Shown here piece after piece: positions 8,394 to 17,193 of a stretch of DNA of 23,918 nucleotides (positions are counted from its first letter, which is position 1; each line of letters begins with the position of its first letter). The position numbers and the translations under genes were made by a program. The notes beneath the pieces were generated by a model. That model made no database searches. It was not told the origin of the DNA and worked only from the letters and a program-made list of their open reading frames with translations. The DNA comes from Thermoproteota archaeon (GTDB lineage Archaea; Korarchaeota; Korarchaeia; Korarchaeales; Korarchaeaceae), in assembly GCA_027491435.1 (NCBI GenBank), contig JAOZFG010000002.1:1-23918 (forward strand), written 5' to 3'.

Positions 8394-9522
8394 ATGTCGG
8401 TGAGCGTCCTTCGGCCTTCCCTGTCGTGAAGCCTTCCTCCTACTTGAGGATGGCACCTACTTCAAGGGTTGTGTCAGGACTGAGGCTTCAACGGCGGTAG
8501 GAGAGGTCGTATTCACCACGGGCATGGTGGGATACACCGAAGCCTTCACAGACGCCAGCTACAAGGGCCAGATCTTGGTGATGACGAACCCCCTCATCGG
8601 GAACTACGGGGTGAACCCTGAGGACTTCGAGTCTGATGGGATCAAAGTTGAGGGGCTTGTGGTTTACGAGGTAACCAGGCCGAGCCACTACACTTCCAGG
8701 AAAGGCTTGATAACTTGGTTCTCTGAGGAGGGCGTCCCAATCCTGGAGAGAGTAGACACCAGGGCGCTAGTCAAGAAGTTAAGGGACGAGGGCGTTCAAA
8801 TGGGTATAATATGGCAGGGAGACCTGGAAACTGCCTACCAGAAGCTGAAATCATCCCCTAGGTATGAGGAGGTGGACTACGCCAGGCAGGTCTCCCCAAA
8901 GGGGCCCGTGGTGGAGAGGCCTGAGGTTCAGAGGGGGTTGAGAGTAGCAGTAGTTGACTGCGGTCTCAAGAGGGGGATAGTGAGGCAGCTCCTTGAGAGG
9001 GGCCTGGAGGTAATCAGGGTACCTTGCTGGTGGAGGGCTGACCAGATAGCCCAGCTAGAACCTGACGGACTTCTGCTTGGAAACGGCCCAGGAAACCCAG
9101 AACTAATTAAGGGTTTGGGCGAGGAAGCCGTAGACCTAGCTAAAGACGGGATCCCGGTTATGGGCATCTGCCTGGGCCATCAGCTGATCTCCCTGGGGCT
9201 GGGGGCCAGGACCTTCAAGATGAAGTACGGGCACAGGGGTCAGAACAAGCCCTCTGTGGACCTGAGGACGGGGAGGTGCTACGTAACGAGTCAGAACCAC
9301 GGGTATGCGGTGGATGTTGACAGCCTGAGGGACGCTAACCTGGTAGCCTGGTTCATGAACCCTGACGACAACACTTTGGAGGGTGCCTACCACCCGGACC
9401 TTCCCGTAGCCACTACCCAGTTCCACCCTGAGGCCGATCCAGGCCCCCAGGACACCTCCTGGATTTTCGACCTGTTCGTTGAGGCGATGGGTGAGGGAGT
9501 ATGGAGGTTCCAAAGAAGGTGA
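8394..9522 (+). CDS. carA: Carbamoyl-phosphate synthase small (glutaminase) subunit; 5' end requires a frameshift (ORF track starts at internal ATG 8524)
   Basis: AFLLLEDGTYFKG and GEVVFTTGMVGY lie in frame upstream of and across 8524. Also has PLIGNYG, GPGNP, GICLGHQ (catalytic Cys), GHRGQN, SQNHGYAV and QFHPEA. The gene identity is secure; the start position is inferred. Confidence 0.93.
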
Positions 9523-12500
9523 TGTTGCTGGGCTCAGGGCCAATCAAGGTGGCTGAAGCTGCTGAGTTCGACTACAGCGGAAGTCAGGCGATAAAGGCCC
9601 TTAAGGAGGAGGGGATTGAGGTGGTGCTCGTCAACCCCAACGTGGCCACCATACAGACTGGAGACATGGCCGATAGGGTGTACCTGCTCCCCCTGAAGCT
9701 GGACTTCCTGGAAAGGGTTGTGGAGAAGGAGCTACCAGACGCGATAATGCTGGGCTTCGGCGGTCAGTCAGCGCTGGACGCTGGAATCAACCTGTGGAGG
9801 GCGGGAGTCTTGGATAAGTACGGAGTTAAGGTTCTAGGGACGCCTCCCGAGGCCATAGACAGGGCACTCAACAGGGAGAAGTTCAAAGAGGCCTTAGCCA
9901 GGAAAGGGGTGCCGATGCCGCCCAGCAGGCACGTCTCCTCGGAGGAGGAGGCCCTGGAGTTCGCTGAGCAGGCTGGGTACCCGGTCATGATAAGGGTCTC
10001 CTACAACCTCGGGGGGAGGGGCTCTTTCATAGCTTATGGCCCGGAAGAGCTGAGGGAGAAGTTTCTCAGGGCTAAAAAGGCCAGCTCTATCGGGATGGCC
10101 TTGGTAGAGAAGTACCTAGGTGGTTGGAAGGAGATAGAGTTTGAGGTGCTCAGGGACGCTTACGGGAACACAGTGGCTCCAGTGTGTCTTGAGAACGCCG
10201 ATCCCATGGGGGTTCACACCGGCGAGTCGGTGGTAGTGGCCCCCTGCCAGACCCTCCCGGACTGGGAGTACCAGATACTGAGAACCGGCTCCATGCTAGT
10301 TGCAGAGGCCGTCGGGCTTGTAGGGGAGGGAAACGTCCAGTTCGCCCTGGGAGTTGGCGGCGAGTACTACGCTATAGAGATGAACCCGAGGATGTCCAGG
10401 TCCTCGGCCCTGGCCAGTAAGGCCAGCGGCTACCCCCTAGCCTACGTAGCGGCCAAGTTGGCTCTGGGGTACAAGCTCCACGAGATACTCAACAAGGTGA
10501 CCGGAATAACCTGCTCATGCTTCGAGCCCAGCCTCGACTACATAGTCGTTAAGGTGCCGAGGTGGGACCTGGAAAAGTTCGAGGGCGTCGAGCAGACCAT
10601 AGGGACTGAAATGAAGAGCATAGGCGAGGTAATGGCCATAGGCAGGAACTTCCCGGAGGCCCTTCAGAAGGCGTTGAGGATGCTCCAGAAGTTTGAAGGC
10701 CTTCCCCTAACGGGAGACAGAGAGGAGGCCTTAGAGAAGCTCAGGAGGAGAGCTCCCTACTGGCCAGTTTACGCCGCCATGGCCTTGGCTTCAGGGGCAA
10801 GCGTCGAGGAGGTTAGCGAGGCAAGCGGAGTGGATCCCTGGTTCATTCACTCCATAGCCGAGGCCGTCAGGGTGGGCAAGTCCCTGAGGCTGGACCCCTC
10901 CTCAATAAGGGAGGCCAAGAGGATGGGCTTCTCGGACAGGCAGATAGCCGAGGTCCTGAAGCTTAGTGAGGACGAGGTCAGGAGGTTCAGGAAATCCTCA
11001 GGCATAAGGCCGTCGTTCAAGCTGATAGACACTCTGGCCGGGGAGTGGCCCTCCGTCACCAACTACGTATACGCCACCTACGGCGGACAGGAGGACGACA
11101 TAAGGCCGAGGAATGGGGTCATAGTCCTGGGAGCGGGGGTCTTCAGGATAGGCGTCTCCGTGGAGTTCGACTGGGGGGTGGTGGAGTTCTCCAAGGCAGC
11201 CATGAAGTACGTGGACAACGTCACCATAGTGAACTATAACCCGGAGACAGTCTCCACCGACTGGGACGTGGTGGACAGGCTCTACTTCGAGGAGCTGACC
11301 CTGGAGAGGGTCCTTGATATCTACGAGAGGGAGTCTCCCATGGGAGTAGTTGCCTTCCTGGGCGGACAGGTGGCCAACGACCTCTCCAAGCCCCTGGAGG
11401 ACAGGGGGGTTAGGCTGCTGGGCACCTCAGGTAAGAGCGTTGAAGTGGCTGAGAACAGGGCGCTCTTCAGCTCCTTACTTGACAGGTTGGGAATTAAGCA
11501 ACCTCCATGGGTTGAGGTGAGGAGCCTTAGGGAGGCGAGAGGGTTCGTGGAAGAACACGGCCTCCCCGTCATGGTGAGGCCTTCCCACGTGCTCAGCGGG
11601 ACTAAGATGTCCGTGGTCTGGACCGAGGAGGAGTTGGAGGCTAGGGTAAGGGACGCCTTAACCCTGGGAACGAGCGTAGTTATCTCCAAGTTCTTCCCGG
11701 GAGAAGAGGCCGAGATAGATGGGGTAGGAGATGGTGAGTCGGCAATAGGCGTCATTATAAGGCATGTAGAGCCTGCAGGCGTCCACTCAGGGGACTCCAC
11801 TATGGTAATCCCCGGGGAGGGACTTCCCTCTGAGGCCATGAAGGAGATAGCACTGAAGCTGGTCAGGGAACTCAACGTCAGGGGGCCCTTCAACCTGCAA
11901 TTTGTGATCTGGGAGGACGAGCCCTACGTGCTGGAGCTTAACTTGAGGGCGTCCAGGTCCATGCCCTTCTCCAGCAAGGTCACCGGGTACAACCTCGCAC
12001 ACCTGGCAGCTAAGGTGGTTTTCGAAGGTTCTTTGGGGGTCTCAGGTTTCATGGAGCCTAGGATAAACCACTACGGGGTTAAGAGCCCCCAGTTCTCCTG
12101 GTCACAGTTCAGGGGCGCCTACCCCTACCTGGGAGTTGAGATGAGGTCCACAGGCGAAGTGGCAGCCCTGGACAGGAGCTATGAGGGAGCCCTGCTCAAG
12201 TCCTGGCTCTCGGCCTCCCCCAACAGGGTCCCTGAGAGGGGGGTGGTCATAGGCTGGGAGGGCAGGCCAGAGGAAAGAGAGTTGTTCGAGGGGGTTAAGG
12301 AGAGGCTGTCAGAGCTGGGGCTCAAGTACTGGAGCGTCGAAGAGGACGGGCCAGAGGAGTGCCTGAAGGCCCTCAAGGAGGGGAGAGCTGACCTCTTAAT
12401 GGCCACTGGCTACGCCCCTGACGTGGACTTCAAGGTTAGGAGGCTAGCCGCCGACATGAACTACCCACTAATCCTAAACGCTAAACTGGCCTACGAGCTG

Positions 12501-12593
12501 GCGAAGGCCTTCGGAAGTGAGATAGAGGTGGAGCCAGTGTCCTGGTACAGGGGCAGGGAGGTGAAACTTAGTGGGGCAATCAGCGGGAACTAG
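9501..12593 (+). CDS. carB: Carbamoyl-phosphate synthase large subunit
   Basis: LGSGPIKVAEAAEFDYSGSQA, two ATP-grasp halves (GVHTGES, EMNPRMSRSSALASKASGYP; AGVHSGDS, ELNLRASRS), NYNPETVSTD, and a short MGS-like tail. Overlaps carA. Confidence 0.97.
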   Translation: MEVPKKVMLLGSGPIKVAEAAEFDYSGSQAIKALKEEGIEVVLVNPNVATIQTGDMADRVYLLPLKLDFLERVVEKELPDAIMLGFGGQSALDAGINLWRAGVLDKYGVKVLGTPPEAIDRALNREKFKEALARKGVPMPPSRHVSSEEEALEFAEQAGYPVMIRVSYNLGGRGSFIAYGPEELREKFLRAKKASSIGMALVEKYLGGWKEIEFEVLRDAYGNTVAPVCLENADPMGVHTGESVVVAPCQTLPDWEYQILRTGSMLVAEAVGLVGEGNVQFALGVGGEYYAIEMNPRMSRSSALASKASGYPLAYVAAKLALGYKLHEILNKVTGITCSCFEPSLDYIVVKVPRWDLEKFEGVEQTIGTEMKSIGEVMAIGRNFPEALQKALRMLQKFEGLPLTGDREEALEKLRRRAPYWPVYAAMALASGASVEEVSEASGVDPWFIHSIAEAVRVGKSLRLDPSSIREAKRMGFSDRQIAEVLKLSEDEVRRFRKSSGIRPSFKLIDTLAGEWPSVTNYVYATYGGQEDDIRPRNGVIVLGAGVFRIGVSVEFDWGVVEFSKAAMKYVDNVTIVNYNPETVSTDWDVVDRLYFEELTLERVLDIYERESPMGVVAFLGGQVANDLSKPLEDRGVRLLGTSGKSVEVAENRALFSSLLDRLGIKQPPWVEVRSLREARGFVEEHGLPVMVRPSHVLSGTKMSVVWTEEELEARVRDALTLGTSVVISKFFPGEEAEIDGVGDGESAIGVIIRHVEPAGVHSGDSTMVIPGEGLPSEAMKEIALKLVRELNVRGPFNLQFVIWEDEPYVLELNLRASRSMPFSSKVTGYNLAHLAAKVVFEGSLGVSGFMEPRINHYGVKSPQFSWSQFRGAYPYLGVEMRSTGEVAALDRSYEGALLKSWLSASPNRVPERGVVIGWEGRPEERELFEGVKERLSELGLKYWSVEEDGPEECLKALKEGRADLLMATGYAPDVDFKVRRLAADMNYPLILNAKLAYELAKAFGSEIEVEPVSWYRGREVKLSGAISGN

Positions 12594-14223
12594 TGAGCAG
12601 GTTATCGCAAAGGCAGCCGGCGTGGGGCACCCTAACCTTAGCGATGGAGTCCAGGGCCTCGAAGAGCTCCATGTAGTAGTAGACCTTGAGGTCCTCAACC
12701 TTCCCTTCCCGGTATATGGGGTAGAGGGACCTCACAGAGTAGTGTTGAATGCCCGCGTGAGCCACCAGGTTCCTTATTAGGTCTACAATCCTCTCTCTAC
12801 TAACCTCCTCCCCTCTTATTATCCTGAAGGCGTACTCCAGCATCTCCCCCATACGCCCCTCCAGCTGAACGTTTCCTAAGAGGACGTCCTCCAGATAGGT
12901 GACGAGCTGCTGATCGTAATAGCTCCTTTTAGGCTTCCTGACCATGAAGTAGCTGTAGGCTTTAGCCTCGTACAGGGCCCTCTCATCGAAGTTGTCAGCC
13001 ATCAAAGCGTAATAAAAGGGAGCTAAGAAGCCTGAGGCTGTCCCTATCATCTTTTTATCCCTTATCATCTCCTCTAGCGATTCCATGGATGAGCCCGCCC
13101 TCCTGAAGTCCTTCTCGTATCTGAACTCGTTCACCAGGAAGTACTCGTTTATGTGCATCCCCCTCTCCCTGTAGTAGGATATTAGCCTGTCCACCAGCTT
13201 CAGGGGGAACCACTCCTCCCCCATGAACTCGCCTAGCTCCTCCCATATCTGCCTGTAGGCTTGGAGGGTGGCGTCGAGCAGAGCATACGATGAGGGGACT
13301 CCCCTGTACCTGATCACGCCCTCTTGCCTGTCGAAGCTCACGTAGTAGTTGGAGGAAACCCTCTCCTCGTAGCCCCTGAGGAGCTCTTTGAACCTGGGAT
13401 TGTTGACGGAGTCGTGGAGCTTCCTCAATGAGTAATGGAGGTAGGGGATCACGTTTGTTCTGAGGGCGCACGATACCTTCCTCAGGGTGGCCAGCGGCTT
13501 GAAGGTGGTTTCATCGTCCCACTCCCTTTTGAATATGTCCCAGGCTAGTTCCAGGTCCCTGGGCCTTATCTCGACCGATGAAAAGTGAGCGATAGACCTG
13601 ATCAGCCTCTCCAGGTCGTCAAGCTCGTAGAGCTCTATAAGCTTAAGTGAGGTCTTGTCCACCCTCTCAAGCCTTTTAGAGGGCCTCTTCCGCTCACCCC
13701 CGTTACAGGTTCTTGTGGTCTGGGCGTTGAAGGGCTCGTAGGTTAGGGGGATAACCTTTACCCCGTAGACTTCGCCGAAGGCTGTTGCCCCCAGGAAAGC
13801 AGCTACGGTCAAATAGTTCCACCCTTGTGATAAGTCCACTAGCACTTCCTGGAGGTTATCAACAGCTTTGAGCTCGTGATAGACTGTGGTGAAGGCGTGG
13901 ACTGGACTTCCCTCGAACCTGACCAGCTCGCCTCTGTACAGGAAGGACCCCCTTACCTGAACAACCCTGGGCCTCACGTTCGTGTTCTCTAGACCGGTCC
14001 TCCGCAGGAACTCATTTACAAGCCCTTCAAAATCGTTTAGATCCAAATCTAGCTCGATAACCAAGGAGTGGGGGAGGATGGGGATGAGCGTGGCCTTATA
14101 CTTCCTAGCTAAGGGGACTAGGGTGGTGGAAGCGCAAAGGCCTTCATCGTAGTAAGCGTAACTGCCGCGCAGGGCAGTTGCACCTGCCACGTGAACTACG
14201 GCCTTCATAAGCCTTCCAACCAC
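12580..14223 (-). CDS. csx1: Csx1-like CARF-HEPN ribonuclease (DxTHG-type CARF family)
   Basis: N-terminal CARF-like region (ILPHSL, VRGSF, VLVDLSQGWNYL as a variant of DxTHGxN) and C-terminal HEPN RNLVAHAG (RxxxxH at 12757-12774). The start may be ATG 14208. Confidence 0.8.
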   Translation of the reverse strand: MVGRLMKAVVHVAGATALRGSYAYYDEGLCASTTLVPLARKYKATLIPILPHSLVIELDLDLNDFEGLVNEFLRRTGLENTNVRPRVVQVRGSFLYRGELVRFEGSPVHAFTTVYHELKAVDNLQEVLVDLSQGWNYLTVAAFLGATAFGEVYGVKVIPLTYEPFNAQTTRTCNGGERKRPSKRLERVDKTSLKLIELYELDDLERLIRSIAHFSSVEIRPRDLELAWDIFKREWDDETTFKPLATLRKVSCALRTNVIPYLHYSLRKLHDSVNNPRFKELLRGYEERVSSNYYVSFDRQEGVIRYRGVPSSYALLDATLQAYRQIWEELGEFMGEEWFPLKLVDRLISYYRERGMHINEYFLVNEFRYEKDFRRAGSSMESLEEMIRDKKMIGTASGFLAPFYYALMADNFDERALYEAKAYSYFMVRKPKRSYYDQQLVTYLEDVLLGNVQLEGRMGEMLEYAFRIIRGEEVSRERIVDLIRNLVAHAGIQHYSVRSLYPIYREGKVEDLKVYYYMELFEALDSIAKVRVPHAGCLCDNLLTSSR

Positions 14224-14261
14224 TACCTCTTTTCTACTTTTACCTCAAAAATTTCTGTTAG

Positions 14262-15266
14262 TTAGCCCCTGGTGGAAGTTATGCACACCTCTCCGTCCCT
14301 GTACACAATCAGGGAACCGTCGGCCCAGCCAGCGAACTCGCCGCTTAAGAGGGTCACCTCCCCTTTAATGAATCCCACTCCCTTAGAGTAGGTGAAGGCA
14401 AGCCTGCCGTCCCACCACTGAAGGTTGTAGGGCCTGTCAGGCACATTGTAGAACTTCCCCTCTAGGAACACGTACCATTCGCCATCAAGCTTCACCACGC
14501 CCCTGAGGGGGTTACATGAGAGCTCGTAGAACTTTGCCTTTATAACCGGCTTTAGCCTGCCCTCGTACCTGTACAGCCCGCCGAGCCCGTAGAGGTAGAG
14601 GTCGCCCTGCCAACATCCCATGTCAGCGGGGAAGTCTATGGATCTCACGACCTGCCCTTCCTCATTTATGAGGAGCACCTTTTCCCCGGACCTGATGGCC
14701 ACGGTTTCGTTGGCGTCTAATATCTCGTCGCAAGTCAGCCTCCACTTCAGCCCATCCTTCAGGAAAGATAGGGTGTGATTGACGAAGCCTAAGAGCAGCC
14801 CTCCCTTAAACGATTTCACGTAATAGATGCCCCTGCCCCTTATCCCCAACGGGTAAACGTATGAAACCTCACCTTCAGGCCCGAAGCTTCTGGCGACGAC
14901 CACGAAGCCCTCAGACCAGTCCATCAGGAAGGGCTCCCCGGGCAACTTCTCCTTCATTAGCTGCTTCCCTTCCTTGGAGAAGATGAACAGGTAGCCTGAG
15001 TCTGTTCCCACAACAAGCCCCTCACCAGCCCAGGATAATAGAGTGACCCTCCCAGGGAGCTTCCGGGACCACCTCAGCCCCCCGCCGCTGAAGGCGTAAA
15101 GGTCAACTCCAGGGGAGTCCGTGGCCACCACGAAGAGGGGGCCTGAGGTGAAAAGCACAGGTTTTCCCTCTATTTCAGAGCAGTTTGGGGTGGGTCTGTA
15201 GCTGTAAACCGCAAAAAGAACCAGAGCTATAGAGAAAAGGGGTAAAAACCATCTCTTAAACATCAT
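14262..15266 (-). CDS. Membrane-anchored/secreted beta-propeller-like protein (PQQ/WD40-like)
   Basis: N-terminal hydrophobic helix and repeated blades such as LYAFSGGGLRWS and LVVGTDSGYLFIFSKEGKQL. ATGA overlap with the upstream gene. Confidence 0.6.
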   Translation of the reverse strand: MMFKRWFLPLFSIALVLFAVYSYRPTPNCSEIEGKPVLFTSGPLFVVATDSPGVDLYAFSGGGLRWSRKLPGRVTLLSWAGEGLVVGTDSGYLFIFSKEGKQLMKEKLPGEPFLMDWSEGFVVVARSFGPEGEVSYVYPLGIRGRGIYYVKSFKGGLLLGFVNHTLSFLKDGLKWRLTCDEILDANETVAIRSGEKVLLINEEGQVVRSIDFPADMGCWQGDLYLYGLGGLYRYEGRLKPVIKAKFYELSCNPLRGVVKLDGEWYVFLEGKFYNVPDRPYNLQWWDGRLAFTYSKGVGFIKGEVTLLSGEFAGWADGSLIVYRDGEVCITSTRG

Positions 15267-15739
15267 CTCCCCCTGCCCTTATATGGCCTTGCTGAGTAGA
15301 CCTTGGTGATCACGGCCTGGTAAACGTAGGGCCTCTCCCACTGGTACATAAGACAGTTCCCATGCTCCCAAACCCAGTATTCAGCGTCCAAGTAGTAAGA
15401 GGCCTCCGGATTAAATGGGAGGTCAGAATACCTCTTGAAAGGCTTTCCTTCAGCGTCTACAGTTGTGCTGAGCCCGCATCCCTCGTCCGGACACTTACAG
15501 CCGCATATCACCACCAGCCCGGGGACCCACCTGCCGGCGTCCCAACACTTTCCAGGAAGCTCCTCGGGGAGCTTTACCCAAGCTTCCACGTGTATGTCAC
15601 AGTAACGCTCATCGTCCAGCTTTAAGCTACAGCCGCTGTCCTCTTCTACGTTATCACACAGGTGGGCAAAGTATTTGACTCTATCACCACGCCAGAGGAC
15701 CTGACCCCTGCCCTTCAACCTGAAGGCCTTACAGTCCAC
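15263..15739 (-). CDS. Cys/Trp-rich hypothetical protein
   Basis: 158 aa with 10 Cys including CGCKC. Host-like codon usage. TATA CTTTTAAG (15760-15767, minus strand) lies 20 nt before the GTG. Coupled to the next gene. Confidence 0.7.
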   Translation of the reverse strand: MDCKAFRLKGRGQVLWRGDRVKYFAHLCDNVEEDSGCSLKLDDERYCDIHVEAWVKLPEELPGKCWDAGRWVPGLVVICGCKCPDEGCGLSTTVDAEGKPFKRYSDLPFNPEASYYLDAEYWVWEHGNCLMYQWERPYVYQAVITKVYSARPYKGRGR

Positions 15740-16530
15740 AGGTGGTTGGGGGGCTACAACTTAAAAGCCGTCGCATGCCCAAGAGGTAATTGCGTAAAAT
15801 TGTATACGTCTACTAGGTGGGATATGAGCTGCAAGGAGCGCTGTGTCGCCTCCCTGGAGCGGGCTTAGACTAGTCATCCTTACCATGGGGAGCTCTCTGG
15901 GTACTAGAGGAGCGATCTACTCATTTTTAGTCACAATTTACGGGGAGATGTTGAAAGAAGTTGCTCTCTGGCTGCTATTAGGCCTAGGAGCTGTAATGGC
16001 AGCTGGTTACCTGACATAGGGTAAAGTGGAATTTTAATGGGGGTAGGCTGCTGAAGGTTCCATTTAGCCGTGAGTACAAGCTTAACGATCTTGTGGAGTT
16101 TATAGAAGTAACTTAAGTTGAGGAGTAATTGCCGCTTAAGGGATACGTTGACCGAGCGTTCTCTTCTAGAAATTGCTTTAATCCTAGCTAGAGGTTTAGC
16201 TCTGGCCAGTGAGCTCAGAGTCTCTGGGCCCCTCGCTGGGTTAGGCTAGTTGCCGTCATTCAGGGATTTCTCAAGGGGACTGGTCAGCGTTCAATCTGAA
16301 GTTTCAGGATGGGAGCTCAATCTACCTGCAGTACCCCCTGATCCTGATCTCACAGGGAAGGTAAAAGAGAGCCTGCTCTTAACGATCGTGGCTTAGTTTT
16401 GAGGTTAGCCGGGGCTTGGCGACTAGGGGTGGGGTATCCCCTTTAGCTGGGTTCCTTTTATCAGGAGTTCTGAGCTACAGATAAAGGCGCACTTTTTTCA
16501 CGCTTGAGAGGTTAGAAGGGCAGGGGTCTC

Positions 16531-17193
16531 ATGAAGGGGAAGGAGTTAGTCGTTCTGTTCGCCCCCTTCCTGATAAACCTAATCGCTTCCTTGGCCATTT
16601 ACTTGACAGTCCCTCCTCAGCCTGACATCTCTCAAGAGATAAAGATCCTTTATTCCAGAATTTTCAGCTACCAGTCGGCCCTGATGGTGCTTATTCAAGT
16701 AGGGTTCGGGCTCTACCTCCTTCGCTACTACAGGGGGCTCTACGACTTCAATCTGAAGGACCTCCTGTTGGCGGCGGGGCTGGTAATCTTCTCCCTGATG
16801 ATCTTCACGGTCGAACACGTAACCTCGTCCCTGATCTACGGCATGAGTTATGAGGAGTACTCCAAGTGGTTCAGGGACGTGGTTTCCATGACTCCAGCGT
16901 GGGCTAGGTACATGAACGCCCTGATTGTGCCCTTCACGGCAGGGATCTTCGAGGAGGCCATATGGAGGGGCTACGGGATAACCAAGCTAGAGGAGTTCAC
17001 TTCGACCAGGGTTGCTGTGTTTGTGCAGGCCCTGGCCTTCGCTTTGTGGCACATCTCGCCGATACACGTGCTGTTCGTCTTCCCCGTAGGGCTGGCCTAC
17101 GGTTACGCTTTCGTCAAGAGGAGGAGCTTAACCCCCCTCACGCTAGCCCACGTGGTCACAGACCTCCTAGGAATGAGCGTCTGGCTAACCTGA
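16531..17193 (+). CDS. CPBP family intramembrane glutamic endopeptidase
   Basis: Multi-TM protein with intact FEEAIWRG, FALWH and HVVTD motifs. Confidence 0.88.
   Translation: MKGKELVVLFAPFLINLIASLAIYLTVPPQPDISQEIKILYSRIFSYQSALMVLIQVGFGLYLLRYYRGLYDFNLKDLLLAAGLVIFSLMIFTVEHVTSSLIYGMSYEEYSKWFRDVVSMTPAWARYMNALIVPFTAGIFEEAIWRGYGITKLEEFTSTRVAVFVQALAFALWHISPIHVLFVFPVGLAYGYAFVKRRSLTPLTLAHVVTDLLGMSVWLT

Noticed and set aside
8399-8420. GGTGA as SD for an in-frame carA start, or a bulge-helix-bulge intron restoring the frame
   Set aside because: No NTG codon lies in frame at SD distance, and I could not build a convincing BHB fold by eye.
8524-8526. ORF-track ATG as the true carA start
   Set aside because: It falls inside the conserved FTTGMxGY motif and would delete about 30 conserved residues that are present in frame upstream.
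11321-11893. 190-aa minus-strand ORF and similar Ser/Pro-rich ORFs inside carAB, csx1, the surface gene and the oxidoreductases
   Set aside because: Antisense or off-frame shadows of well-supported genes, with no motifs.
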